From positions 896,001 to 960,000 of the forward strand of contig OZ242005.1 in NCBI GenBank assembly GCA_965204725.1: a stretch of DNA of 64,000 nt. The letters run 5' to 3'. A program made the position numbers and the translations under genes. Positions 48,137 to 58,071 of this stretch are shown here, piece after piece. Below the pieces are notes generated by a model. That model worked only from the letters and a program-made list of their open reading frames with translations, was not told the origin of the DNA and ran no database searches. This DNA is from Candidatus Latescibacterota bacterium (GTDB taxonomy: Bacteria > Latescibacterota > UBA2968 > UBA8231). Position 1 is the first letter of the stretch. The number at the start of each line of letters is the position of its first letter.

Positions 48137-49374
48137 CCGAGATGCTTCGACGTTCGCTCGCGCAAAGGGCAGATTACACCCACAAGCACAACGCCGAATC
48201 CGGGCGGCACGGTTGGCTGCGCCTGACTCCTGCGTACTCGCTCAAAATTGTCGATGAAGTTCTGCGGGCTTACGAAGGAATCGCCGAAATCAATGTTTTC
48301 GATCCTTTTTGCGGGACCGGGACCACTGCTCTTTGTGCGGGGTATCGCGGGCACACCGCAGTCACCGTGGAAATCAATCCCTTTCTGGTCTGGTTTAGTC
48401 GCACCAAGACCGACTCTTATTCCACACAGGTGATTTCCGAACTGAATCAGGTTGGCCATGCGGTGTCTGACGACATCCGCCACGGCAGGGCACCGGGCGC
48501 ACCAGCACCGCGCATGTACAACATTGAACGGTGGTGGAACGCCACCGCACTCGATTTCCTCTGCGCCCTGAAGGGTGCCATAGATTCCAAGTTTGCCGAA
48601 GAGAGCAAGCAACGTTCTTTGCTTTTGGTCGCGTTCTGTAGGACGTTGATTCACCTTTCCAATGCCGCCTTTAATCACCAGTCCATGTCCTTTAAGTTGG
48701 GCGTTCAAACAACCTTTGATTTCGATACCGACTTGTGCGGAATTTTTATTAAAAACCTGAACTTCGTTCTAGGGGGAGCGAGGCAGAATCCAGCCGGCCG
48801 GGTATGCGTCCACCGCGCCGACTCTCGCCGGCTGGCAAAAAGAGATGCCGACTCCGTCGATTGCGTCATTACTTCGCCTCCGTACGCGAACCGGATGTCG
48901 TACATTCGCGAGCTTCGCCCATACATGTACTGGCTCGGCTATCTCGTGGATGGCCGCGATGCCGGGGAAATGGATTGGGAAGCCATTGGAGGGACTTGGG
49001 GGATTGCTACCAGCAGACTAGAAAAATGGTCGGCTCCAGCGCACGGGTACCAATCTAGACTACTGAGCGATGCCGTGAAAAGAATTAGGAAGGCAGAAAA
49101 CAGAAATGGCCGGCTTTTGGCCAACTACGTTTCAAAGTACTTCAGCGATATGTGGAGTCATTTTCAATCGCTGATCGGCGTACTCAACCATGGAGCGACG
49201 ATTCACTACATCGTAGGCAATTCAACGTTCTATGGAGTCTTGGTCCCGGTTGAGCAGATCTATGCGGATATGTTGTCCCGGCTCGGGTTTTCCAACGTGG
49301 AGTGCGTTCCCATCCGAAAGCGCAATTCCAAAAAGGAGCTGATCGAGTTTGACGTACGGGCGCGCTGGAAATAA
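48133..49374 (+). CDS. DNA amino-methyltransferase, probably N4-cytosine (alpha motif order)
   Basis: Motif I DPFCGTGTT precedes motif IV TSPPY; ATGA overlap with the upstream gene. Confidence 0.85.
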   Translation: MTEMLRRSLAQRADYTHKHNAESGRHGWLRLTPAYSLKIVDEVLRAYEGIAEINVFDPFCGTGTTALCAGYRGHTAVTVEINPFLVWFSRTKTDSYSTQVISELNQVGHAVSDDIRHGRAPGAPAPRMYNIERWWNATALDFLCALKGAIDSKFAEESKQRSLLLVAFCRTLIHLSNAAFNHQSMSFKLGVQTTFDFDTDLCGIFIKNLNFVLGGARQNPAGRVCVHRADSRRLAKRDADSVDCVITSPPYANRMSYIRELRPYMYWLGYLVDGRDAGEMDWEAIGGTWGIATSRLEKWSAPAHGYQSRLLSDAVKRIRKAENRNGRLLANYVSKYFSDMWSHFQSLIGVLNHGATIHYIVGNSTFYGVLVPVEQIYADMLSRLGFSNVECVPIRKRNSKKELIEFDVRARWK

Positions 49375-49390
49375 TCCGCAATCCCTATCC

Positions 49391-50629
49391 CTACGCCCGC
49401 TCCAGCACGACCCCCTCGCGCTCAATCCGATCGAACATCGCTCGGTACTCCTCCGTTCCGTCGTCGTCCCAATAGTCGGTTTCAATGGGCGCGGCATAGC
49501 TCATGGGCATCAGGCGGTTGCGGTCGGGCCGCACCATGAAAAGCGAGTGGGCCGGGTCGGCGATATTGTACATGCGGGTGCCGTTTTTGAAGCGCGATTT
49601 GATGATCCACTTGTCTTGCGCCGGCAGCTTTTGCGCTTTCAGCCGCTCCAACTCCCTCCGATCTAAGGTCAGCCCAAGCCCCGGTTTTTCCGGGACCCGC
49701 ACCAAGCCATTGATCGGGTCCAGCCGCTCTTCCACTACGTCGCTTTGCCAGACTTCGCAATCGTTGTGGCAGTGAAAGGTGCCCGTGGGCGAGGCCGCCA
49801 TTATATGGACGACCATGGCGCGGGTGATGGCTCCGCCGACGTTTTGCAGCATAAAGGGCTTGCCCGCAGCGGCAAACAAGCCGGCGCGGCGCATGGCGTC
49901 GCCAATTTTTGCATGCCCGAGCATGTAGATATCGGCCGGCCCCATCAGCACCTCATAAGTGGCCCCCAGCGGGTAGTGGTGCAAGACGATGGGCCGCTTG
50001 GCCCGCTTGCGTAGGTCGATGTAGCCCTCAATATCCCCGGGCGGCAATGGGTCCTCAAAGCAACCGGCAATCGGATAGGCGGCTAGTTTTTCCACCAGCT
50101 CGGGTATGTGGTCGTCCGTGCCGTGCATGGTGAAGTCGTAGTGGATTTTGAAGCCGGGCGGCGCGACCGCCTGCATGGCCTCGGTCTGGTCAAAGACGTT
50201 TTCAAAGGGCGAGAGGTGGTACTTTAGCCAAGTGTAGCCCTGCTCCGCATAGCGGGTTACGGCCTCGGCCATCCGCTGGGGATGGGTCGATACCGTCCAA
50301 GCCCCCACGGGTACAAACGACCGATACTTCTGGCCGAAGAGCTTATAGACGGGGACGCCCGCGGCCTGCCCCATCAGGTCGTACATGGCCGTGCCCAACC
50401 CCAGCGAGGTCTCGTCGCCGACCCAGTCAAAGGGGTTGCTGCCGATGTACTGGTCTAGGGTCTCCTGCGGCTCAGGATGGCCGCTCTCGCCGAGGCCAAT
50501 CCGGCCGTCGTCGGTGTGGGCGATGTACACCGTGCGGCTCGCCGGGCCGTAGTAGTGGTTGAGCGGATAGGCGATCCAGTCGCGATAGGCCAGCGCGATC
50601 TCGTGGACTTCGATTTGGGTCACTTGCAT
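49391..50629 (-). CDS. Mandelate racemase/enolase superfamily protein
   Basis: AMYDLMGQAAGVPVYKLFG, KxH, FEDPL. Confidence 0.8.
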   Translation of the reverse strand: MQVTQIEVHEIALAYRDWIAYPLNHYYGPASRTVYIAHTDDGRIGLGESGHPEPQETLDQYIGSNPFDWVGDETSLGLGTAMYDLMGQAAGVPVYKLFGQKYRSFVPVGAWTVSTHPQRMAEAVTRYAEQGYTWLKYHLSPFENVFDQTEAMQAVAPPGFKIHYDFTMHGTDDHIPELVEKLAAYPIAGCFEDPLPPGDIEGYIDLRKRAKRPIVLHHYPLGATYEVLMGPADIYMLGHAKIGDAMRRAGLFAAAGKPFMLQNVGGAITRAMVVHIMAASPTGTFHCHNDCEVWQSDVVEERLDPINGLVRVPEKPGLGLTLDRRELERLKAQKLPAQDKWIIKSRFKNGTRMYNIADPAHSLFMVRPDRNRLMPMSYAAPIETDYWDDDGTEEYRAMFDRIEREGVVLERA

Positions 50630-50636
50630 CTCAGAA

Positions 50637-51620
50637 TCAGGGGAATTTGAGCACGACCTTCAGGGCTTGGTGCGGCTCGGGATCGTCAAAGGCCATGGCA
50701 AAGGCTTGCTGGATCGCGGCAAAGGGCAGGACGTGGCTGACAATCGGAGCGACGTCGATGCGCCCTTGGACGATCCAGTCGAGCGCGGGCCGGTAGTCGC
50801 GGTCGGGGTTGGGGCCAATGGAAAAAACCAAGCGCAGCTCTTGGCGCAACAAATCCAACATCTTGACGGACATCAAGCCCTCGGCGTCTTCTTTGTCCGG
50901 GACGCCAAAGCAGATCACCTCGGCATTGCGCTGGCAGAGGGCCGGCACGAGGCCGAGGCTCGCGGCCACGCCCACGGCCTCAACTGCGAGACCGGCCATG
51001 GCCCCGCCCGTGATCTCGGCGACCGCCGCGACCGGGTCTTGGGATGCCGAGCAAATCGCGTGCGTGGCCCCCATCCGCCGGCCCACTGCCAAGCGATAGG
51101 GCAGCCGATCGATCGCCACGATGCGGCGGGCGCCGAGGTTGCGCAACACCGCGTTGAACAGCAGTCCCACCGGACCTTGGCCCAGCACGACCACATCGCG
51201 GTTGATGATGTTGCCCAGCTTGTAGAAGCTGTGAATCACCGTGCCCAAAAGCTGGCTCATCAGCACCTTTTCTGCGGGCAGATCGCCGGGCAGCCGGATG
51301 CAGCGGCCATCGTCTTGGGCGAGGACGTATTCTTGAAAAAGCCCGCGGTCAAATCCCCACAACAACACCCGCTCGCCCTCCCGATAGCGCCCCGAAGAAC
51401 AGGCTTCGACCACGCCCAGCCCTTCGTGCCCCGTGGCCCCGGGCGGCTGCGGATAGTGCTTGTGGACGCCGCAAAATGGCGGCTTGTCGCTGCCGCAGAT
51501 CGCGACCCGCTCCATTTTTACGAGCATCTGGTCGGCGGTCGGCTGGGGTTTGGCTGTCTCGATGAGTTCCCACTGACGCGGGGCGACTAATTGGGCCGCA
51601 CGCATGCCTTTCCTTTCCAT
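50637..51620 (-). CDS. Zinc-binding dehydrogenase (MDR)
   Basis: AICGSD, GHEG, GQGPVG. Confidence 0.85.
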   Translation of the reverse strand: MERKGMRAAQLVAPRQWELIETAKPQPTADQMLVKMERVAICGSDKPPFCGVHKHYPQPPGATGHEGLGVVEACSSGRYREGERVLLWGFDRGLFQEYVLAQDDGRCIRLPGDLPAEKVLMSQLLGTVIHSFYKLGNIINRDVVVLGQGPVGLLFNAVLRNLGARRIVAIDRLPYRLAVGRRMGATHAICSASQDPVAAVAEITGGAMAGLAVEAVGVAASLGLVPALCQRNAEVICFGVPDKEDAEGLMSVKMLDLLRQELRLVFSIGPNPDRDYRPALDWIVQGRIDVAPIVSHVLPFAAIQQAFAMAFDDPEPHQALKVVLKFP

Positions 51621-51628
51621 CTAAAGTT

Positions 51629-52846
51629 CTATGCGTCGAAAAAGTCGGCGTCTTCCGCGCGCAGATAGTGCCGCGCTTCTTCGGCAATTAGATCGACGCC
51701 CATCCCGGGCGCGTCCCAAACGGCGATGTGGCTATCGACCACAATCGGGTCGGGCAAGCCCTCGACGATGTCGTACCACCACTCGGGCTGGCCGGTCGGA
51801 TATTCAAACGCGAGGTAGTTCTGCGGCAGAGTCGCCGCCACTTGCACCAAGGCCGCCAAGCCCAACAGGCCGTCCCCCGTGCCGTGCGGGGCCATGAGAA
51901 TGCCGTGCATATCGGCGTATTCGGCCACCCACTTGAGCTCGGCGATCCCGCCGATGTCGCAGGGATCCGGGCCGATGATATCCACGGCTCGCTTCTCGAT
52001 CAGCTCCTGAAAGTTGTGCCGCAAGTAGATCTGCTCGCCGGTGTGGATCGGGGTCGAGGTGCTCTGGGTGACCTCTCGGTAGTGATCGGCCGAGACGTAG
52101 GGGACGTAATCGCCGGTGAGCATGTCCTCCAGCCAAGCCACGTTGAGGTCTTCGACGGCCCGAGCCAAGCGCAGCGCGTCGGGCACGAGCAAGCCCGGCC
52201 CCAAGTCGAGTGCTAGGCCGATCGCGTCGCCGCAGACTTCCTTCATCGCCCGGATGCAATCGACGATGTGGTTGAGGCCGCGTTCGCTCAAAGGGCCGCG
52301 ATTGGCGTGGAACGGGCCGGCTTGGTGAGTGCCGTAGAAATGCTTGGGCACCTCGGTGATCCGCCCGCCGTGGAAGGCAAGCCCTTGCTTGATGATGCTG
52401 AATTTCTGCGGCGCGTCTATCATGCGCTGCATGTTGGCCGCGTAGTCCGAGGGCGGTCGGCCGCCGGCCTCGGGCGGACGAGCGTCCGCCATGGGAAAGC
52501 GCACTGCGCCGTTGTACACCCGCACTTGGTCGCGGATTTTGCCGCCGAGCAGCTTGTACACCGGCGCTCCTACGGCCTTGCCGGCAATGTCCCACAGCGC
52601 CATTTCAATCGCGCTGACGGCACTGCCCCAAGGCTTGAAGCTGCCCAAGCGCCGGATATTGAGCATCACTCGCTCGACATCGGTCGGGTCCTGGCCGAGG
52701 ATGAGGTCCTTATAGAACAGCACGTGGGGCTTGAGATAGGGCTTGCTCGCCTCGACTTGCCCGAGGCCGTAGATGCCCTCGTCGGTATTGATGCGCACGA
52801 CCGGGTTGTTGCCGATGACCGCGCATTTGAGATCCGTGATTTTCAT
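51629..52846 (-). CDS. Mandelate racemase/acid-sugar dehydratase family enzyme
   Basis: SAIEMALWDIAGK..PVYKLLGGK, WLED, TGEQ, APH. Confidence 0.88.
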   Translation of the reverse strand: MKITDLKCAVIGNNPVVRINTDEGIYGLGQVEASKPYLKPHVLFYKDLILGQDPTDVERVMLNIRRLGSFKPWGSAVSAIEMALWDIAGKAVGAPVYKLLGGKIRDQVRVYNGAVRFPMADARPPEAGGRPPSDYAANMQRMIDAPQKFSIIKQGLAFHGGRITEVPKHFYGTHQAGPFHANRGPLSERGLNHIVDCIRAMKEVCGDAIGLALDLGPGLLVPDALRLARAVEDLNVAWLEDMLTGDYVPYVSADHYREVTQSTSTPIHTGEQIYLRHNFQELIEKRAVDIIGPDPCDIGGIAELKWVAEYADMHGILMAPHGTGDGLLGLAALVQVAATLPQNYLAFEYPTGQPEWWYDIVEGLPDPIVVDSHIAVWDAPGMGVDLIAEEARHYLRAEDADFFDA

Positions 52847-52904
52847 CTGCTGCCTTTCAAATGGGAGTTGAGAATTGGGGGTTCATGGGTATTCAATGGA
52901 TTAG

Positions 52905-53258
52905 TTATCCTTCATCCCTTGCCAAGAGTATTTCGGCTTTCTGTAAAATCGCATCTACGGTCTCCGCGGGCAAAGGACATATTAAGGTCGCATTTCTCGC
53001 CCACCAATCCATGCTTTTGACCTGATCAGCCAGAATAACACCTATCACCGCCAGCCCCGCGGGAATGGCAATCTCAAAGGGATACCCCTTCACTTGATTG
53101 GTGATTGGGCAGAGAATCGCCAAACGGGTCTTGCGGTTATAGGTTCCCGGTGAAAGCACAACGGCGGGCCGACGACCGGCTTGCTCGTGTCCCGCTTGCG
53201 GATTGAAGTCAATCCACACTACATCGCCGCGCTGTGGGACGTACTCGGTTGAATTCAC
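52905..53258 (-). CDS. mazF: MazF/PemK endoribonuclease toxin
   Basis: PQRGDVVWIDFNPQAGHEQAGRRPAVVLS...DQVKSMDW. Confidence 0.93.
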   Translation of the reverse strand: MNSTEYVPQRGDVVWIDFNPQAGHEQAGRRPAVVLSPGTYNRKTRLAILCPITNQVKGYPFEIAIPAGLAVIGVILADQVKSMDWWARNATLICPLPAETVDAILQKAEILLARDEG

Positions 53259-53497
53259 TATGCTTCACCACCCACCGCCTGTCCGGTATCTACTTCGCCG
53301 TGCAAGTTGTCTGCGGTCACTTGGGCTAAAAGGTCGTCCAATTTCAAACTGGGCGTACTCACAGGCGCAACGACCAATTCCGCACCGCGAAGCGACAATT
53401 CGACTGGCGAATTGGGTTCAATCCCAATCTGGGTAGCGAGCGATTGAGGAATACGCAGGGCCAAACTATTGCCCCATTTCTGTATAAGAGCTTCCAT
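53258..53497 (-). CDS. mazE: MazE/AbrB antitoxin
   Basis: Start ATG 53497 after AGGAGG; KWGNSLALRIP; 1-bp overlap with mazF. Confidence 0.93.
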   Translation of the reverse strand: MEALIQKWGNSLALRIPQSLATQIGIEPNSPVELSLRGAELVVAPVSTPSLKLDDLLAQVTADNLHGEVDTGQAVGGEA

Positions 53498-53624
53498 AAT
53501 TTTCCTCCTTCCTACAGAACTCCTGAAATTCGTCGGGTGTATTGTTAATGGTAACAATTCCCTTGAATCGCGCTATGCGAGGCGCGTCCGCTTGCATAGA
53601 TATAGCAATCCTACATCCTTCAAG

Positions 53625-53653
53625 ACTGGATTCCCGCTTTCGCGGGAATGACG
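53625..53653. repeat. Palindromic REP/dRS3-like repeat, copy 2
   Basis: ACTGGATTCCCGCTTTCGCGGGAATGACG; one mismatch to copy 1. Confidence 0.8.
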
Positions 53654-53721
53654 CCTCATAGACAAAAGAGACCGGGCCGATCAACATTCCATGCTTTCGA
53701 GTCATTTAGGACTGCTATAGG

Positions 53722-56700
53722 TCAAAGCTCCTGTCCTCGGCTCGCCAACTCCTCCAAATTCCACGCGACTGGGATGCGCATCCGGCCCTCGTTTTTGCGG
53801 TCGAAGAGCAGGTAGTTTTCGCGCAGCCCAAAGTAGAACAGGTCGCGGGTCAGCTCTACGTCCTTTTGGCAATAGTCGGCAATCAAGTCCAGCCGCCCCT
53901 GTTTGAACCACCTAAGCGCGTCGAGCCCGTCGGCGCTCTTGGGCGCGTTGAGCGTGGCCCGGCCTAGTGAGTCGAGACTCACTCGGTAGCGTAGCTGCTG
54001 GTGGACCTCGCGCAGAATATCGAGCGTGTTGAGCTGGCGGAAGTCGAATGGGCTATACCCGCGCAAGACCGAATAGTCAAAGCCAAGGATGTTGAAGCCG
54101 ACGATCAAATCGGCCGCCTGTAAGTGCTCTAAGAGCCGGTCGATGTCTTTCTCAAGATACGTGGTGCAACCCTGCTCGTGGCTGTCCCACACCACGCCGA
54201 CCGACAGGCCCATCAGATGGGCTTTGTTCCAGCCGCCAACTTCGGCGGCCGAGCGCTGGGTTTCGAGGTCGAACACGACCACGCGCGGGCCTTGCTCGGG
54301 CCGCTCGTCGGCTGCGCTTTCTTCTTCTTGTTCCCACTCGGCGAAAATCGGCGGAGCGTCTGCGACCTCGGCTGTAGATGGAGTGCGCTCAATGGCCCGA
54401 TGGCCGGTGAGTACGCCGAGCAGGTGGATCGCGCCGGCCTTGTCGAGGGGGACGTTGCCCGCGCCGCATGTGGGAAAGTGGATACAAGAGGGGCAGCCGA
54501 TCAGGCAATCGCAGGTTTCGACCATGGTCCGCGTCAGGTCCAAGAGGCGGTCGAGTTGGGCAAAGCCCTTTTCGGCGAGGCCAATGCCGCCGGGGTGATA
54601 GTCGTACACGAAAATCGCTCCTTTGCCGAGTTGTGGGTGCTGGGGATAGCATATTCCGCCGACATCCGTGCGGTCGCACAAGGCCAGCAGGGGGAAGAGC
54701 GACTTCACGGCGTGTTCAATGGCGTGGATCGAGCCCATGTAGTGGTGCTGGTGGCGGCTGAGGTCGGCCTTGAAGTGGGCGTCGAGCTCAATCCAGAAGC
54801 CTATGGTCTCAACGTGCTCCACCGGCGATTCGAGGGGGTGTTTGCTGAGGACGACTTGGTCGCCGACGCGGATCTTTTCGTAGCCCACCACCTGCGAGCT
54901 GACCTTGAGCCGGCCCAGCCGCGCCATAAAGCCCTGCAACGGCCGCGAGCGCAATTCCTCTAATATCTCGGTATCCTTTTCCGTGCGGGCGCGGGTAAAG
55001 TACGCCACGTGTACTTCCTCGGCGTAGATCTGGCCCTGCTGGGGATTGCGGTCGCCGATCTCGTACTGGCGGCCGCGATGCAAGTAAATCGCGCCTTTGT
55101 AGCACTCGCCATGCACTTGGCCGCCGCTGACCGTGCCGATTGGGTTGTGGTCGCGGTCGACGATGCGATACGACTCGCCGATGGTGCGCATGTTGACCAA
55201 GCGGTGCGGCTGCTTGCGGGCGGCAAACCAAGCGTCGCCCTCGGCATTCTGCAGCAGCGCCCCCTCCTCAGTCAGCGCGTCAAGGGTCGCCCGATAGTTG
55301 GGCAGCGCGTACTCGGGTTCGCCGGCCGCGAGGGGGAGCTCGCGCGCCGCACACGCGAGGTGGTTTTTGAGGATGTACTGATTAGTCGGGTCCACTACGG
55401 CGTCCTCCAAATCGCGAGTAAAAAACTCCTTGGGGTGCCGCATAAAATACTGATCGAGCGCGTCGGGAGACGCGATGAGGAGGATTAGGGACTCGCGGCC
55501 AGCGCGGCCCACGCGGCCGGCACGCTGCCAAGTGTTGATGATAGAACCCGGATACCCCACCAACACGCAAATATCCAAGCCGCCGATGTCAATGCCCAAC
55601 TCCAAGGCCGACGTGGCGACCACGCCCATGAGTTGGCCGGCGTTGAGTGCCTGCTCAATCTGGCGGCGCTCGCTGGGCAAATAGCCCGCGCGATACGAGG
55701 AAATCCGCGCCTGCAAGTCGGGGCGGCTCTGGGTGGCCCAGCGGTACACGAGCTCGGTGGTGATGCGGGCGCGGGTAAAGACAATCGTGCGATAGTCCTT
55801 GAGTACGCTGGCGCGCAGCACGTGCGCCGCGAGGGTGTTGGGGCTTTCGCTCGGGTTGACAAACACAAAGTGGCGCGTCGCGGCCGGCGCGCCATGGTCC
55901 TCAATCGCGCAAAAGGAGCGGTTGAGCAACTCGCCCGCTAGCTCGCGGGGGTTGCCCATCGTCGCCGAGCTGGTGATGTACACCGGATCGGCCCCGTAGT
56001 GCGCACAGATGCGGTTCAAGCGGCGAAAGAGGTGCAGCACGTGGGAGCCAAAGACGCCGCTGTACGCGTGCAATTCGTCGATGACCACGTAGCGCAGGCG
56101 AGCGAAAAAGCCGGCCCAAGCCTCGTGGAAGGCGAGGATGCCCGAATGCAGCATGTCCGGCGTGGTGAAAAGCACCTGCGGCGGCGTGGTGCGAATTTGC
56201 CGGCGGCGGTGGGCCGGGGTGTCGCCGTCGTAAATAGCCGCTTTCAGGGTGCCTCCCAAGCCCAGCATCAAGCCGTTTAACTCGTCGAACTGATCCTGCT
56301 CTAGGGCCTTGAGCGGGAAGATGTAGAGCGCGTGCGCGTCCGGGTCGTTGAGCAGCGTGGCCAGTACGGGTGCGTTGTACACTAAGGTCTTGCCCGAAGC
56401 CGTGGGCGTGGCTAGGGCCAAGTGCTGGCCTGCCAACACTTTTTGGATGCCCTCGGCTTGGTGCGTATAGAGCGCGGGAATGCGGGCGATTTTGAGGATG
56501 CGGGCCAAGGCCGGAGGCAGGCCCGATACGTCGCGGACTAGGCGCGCCGGGCGCGCCGGCAAGGTCTGGTGATGGACGACCTCGTTGCCCAAGATGCGGC
56601 GTTTGAGAAAGCGGATGTGCTCGGCGAGCCCCTCGGCGTCGCAGATCAAGGCTTGGTTTCCTGAAACAGGGTGGCGAAAACGAGCGGGGCGGAGAGTGAG

Positions 56701-56754
56701 AATAGCGAAGCCGTTGGAATGGGGCAAGGCGGGCGGCAGCAAACCCCTTCGCAT
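53722..56754 (-). CDS. DEAD/DEAH helicase + DUF1998 (MrfA/Hrq1-like) fused to an RNase H-like 3'-5' exonuclease (YprB/MrfB-like)
   Basis: TPTASGKT, DELH, QRAGRVGR, CDCLIGCPSC; C-terminal VFDLET...GFN..FD...YCQKDV. True start uncertain (possibly TTG 56649). Confidence 0.85.
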   Translation of the reverse strand: MRRGLLPPALPHSNGFAILTLRPARFRHPVSGNQALICDAEGLAEHIRFLKRRILGNEVVHHQTLPARPARLVRDVSGLPPALARILKIARIPALYTHQAEGIQKVLAGQHLALATPTASGKTLVYNAPVLATLLNDPDAHALYIFPLKALEQDQFDELNGLMLGLGGTLKAAIYDGDTPAHRRRQIRTTPPQVLFTTPDMLHSGILAFHEAWAGFFARLRYVVIDELHAYSGVFGSHVLHLFRRLNRICAHYGADPVYITSSATMGNPRELAGELLNRSFCAIEDHGAPAATRHFVFVNPSESPNTLAAHVLRASVLKDYRTIVFTRARITTELVYRWATQSRPDLQARISSYRAGYLPSERRQIEQALNAGQLMGVVATSALELGIDIGGLDICVLVGYPGSIINTWQRAGRVGRAGRESLILLIASPDALDQYFMRHPKEFFTRDLEDAVVDPTNQYILKNHLACAARELPLAAGEPEYALPNYRATLDALTEEGALLQNAEGDAWFAARKQPHRLVNMRTIGESYRIVDRDHNPIGTVSGGQVHGECYKGAIYLHRGRQYEIGDRNPQQGQIYAEEVHVAYFTRARTEKDTEILEELRSRPLQGFMARLGRLKVSSQVVGYEKIRVGDQVVLSKHPLESPVEHVETIGFWIELDAHFKADLSRHQHHYMGSIHAIEHAVKSLFPLLALCDRTDVGGICYPQHPQLGKGAIFVYDYHPGGIGLAEKGFAQLDRLLDLTRTMVETCDCLIGCPSCIHFPTCGAGNVPLDKAGAIHLLGVLTGHRAIERTPSTAEVADAPPIFAEWEQEEESAADERPEQGPRVVVFDLETQRSAAEVGGWNKAHLMGLSVGVVWDSHEQGCTTYLEKDIDRLLEHLQAADLIVGFNILGFDYSVLRGYSPFDFRQLNTLDILREVHQQLRYRVSLDSLGRATLNAPKSADGLDALRWFKQGRLDLIADYCQKDVELTRDLFYFGLRENYLLFDRKNEGRMRIPVAWNLEELASRGQEL

Positions 56755-56768
56755 CTCAGGACAGCAGT

Positions 56769-57941
56769 TTATCGAAAAATGTGCCCCACGTCGGTAAAAT
56801 GCCGCACGCTGGCATGGGACAGTTCCGGGGTGAGATGGCCGGCGTAGATGACGTAGCCTTTCTGGGTGGAGGCCGCGATCTGCTGGAACTGCGCGATCCC
56901 TTTGGCAAACTCTGGATGAAACGTCATGGCCGATTTGATTTCAATGGGGATTAACTGCCTGTTTTGCCGGAACAACAAATCGACTTCGTGGCCTTTGTTG
57001 TCGCGGTAAAAGTAGAGTTCAGGTTCTTTTCCCGCGTTGAGTCTGGCTTTCAAGGCTTCGATGACGATCATGTTTTCAAAGAGATTGCCGATCAGTGGAT
57101 CCCGGGCCGCCAGCGCGGGCGATTCAATGCCGAGCAAGTAGGACGCGAGCCCGACCTCGGTAAAATAGATTTTGGGCGATTTGACGATGCGTTTGCCAAA
57201 GTTTTCAAAATAGGGCTTCAACCTGAAAACGGTGTGCGATGCTTCGAGTACCGAGAGCCATTCTTTGAGCGTGGTGCTCGACACCCCCACGTCGTTGGCC
57301 AGCGAACTCAGATTCAAAACTTGGCCGACGCGGCCGGCGAGCAGGCGCGTGAAATGCTCAAAATCGGTCAGGCTCCTCAGATGGATCATTTGCCTAACGT
57401 CGCGCTCGATATAGGTTTGACAGTAATTTCGGTACAGGCGAGTCGGATTGACTTTTTCGCTGTACAGGCGGGGCATAAAGCCCTGATAGATCCATTCGTC
57501 GCGCGTGTGTTTGATGCGGGTCGCTTTGAGTTCGGCTATCGACAAGGGGAGCAGGCGCAAGAGGGCCGTGCGTCCGGCGAGGGATTGAGCAACGGTTTCT
57601 TGCAGACGCAACTGGTGGTGGCCGGTGAGAATGTATTGCCCGCGTTGCTGGCTGCTGTCCGCGAGGACTTGGATGGTTGAGAGCAGTTCGGGTACGCGCT
57701 GAATTTCGTCGATAATAACGGGCGGGGGAAATTGCGAGAAGAACGCGTGGGGATCGCTCATCGCCAGCCGGCGCACATCAGGTGCTTCGAGGTTTGCATA
57801 AGCGTAATTTGGAAACTGCATCCGCGCCAACGTGGTTTTTCCCGCTTGCCGTGGACCGATGATGGTCACCACGGGAAATTCGCTTGCCGTCGCGACCAAT
57901 TCTCTGGCAATTTGTCGCAAAATCACGGTTTTAAGCTCCAT
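56769..57941 (-). CDS. AAA_14 ATPase with DUF4143 domain
   Basis: Start ATG 57941; GPRQAGKTT, IIDEIQRVP, KSPKIYF, EVDL...IEIKS. Confidence 0.85.
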   Translation of the reverse strand: MELKTVILRQIARELVATASEFPVVTIIGPRQAGKTTLARMQFPNYAYANLEAPDVRRLAMSDPHAFFSQFPPPVIIDEIQRVPELLSTIQVLADSSQQRGQYILTGHHQLRLQETVAQSLAGRTALLRLLPLSIAELKATRIKHTRDEWIYQGFMPRLYSEKVNPTRLYRNYCQTYIERDVRQMIHLRSLTDFEHFTRLLAGRVGQVLNLSSLANDVGVSSTTLKEWLSVLEASHTVFRLKPYFENFGKRIVKSPKIYFTEVGLASYLLGIESPALAARDPLIGNLFENMIVIEALKARLNAGKEPELYFYRDNKGHEVDLLFRQNRQLIPIEIKSAMTFHPEFAKGIAQFQQIAASTQKGYVIYAGHLTPELSHASVRHFTDVGHIFR

Positions 57942-57975
57942 TCGCGTTGATGCTACGCGAGGAGAAAATAAAAGG

Positions 57976-58016
57976 ATCGGTACAGATCTCAAGTTACACT
58001 TGAAATTTGTACCGAT
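57976..58016. repeat. 18-bp imperfect inverted repeat upstream of the AAA_14 gene
   Basis: ATCGGTACAGATCTCAAG-ttaca-CTTGAAATTTGTACCGAT, 2 mismatches. Confidence 0.7.
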
Positions 58017-58071
58017 TTTCAGGCATACCAGTTGCCGCGCAACTTGGAAGTTGATGGCCGCGAACCCGTCG

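Noticed and set aside
256-57680. Numerous long antisense or alternate-frame ORFs in the track
   Set aside because: Expected shadow ORFs of GC-rich coding DNA, Arg/Ala/Pro-rich and without motifs.
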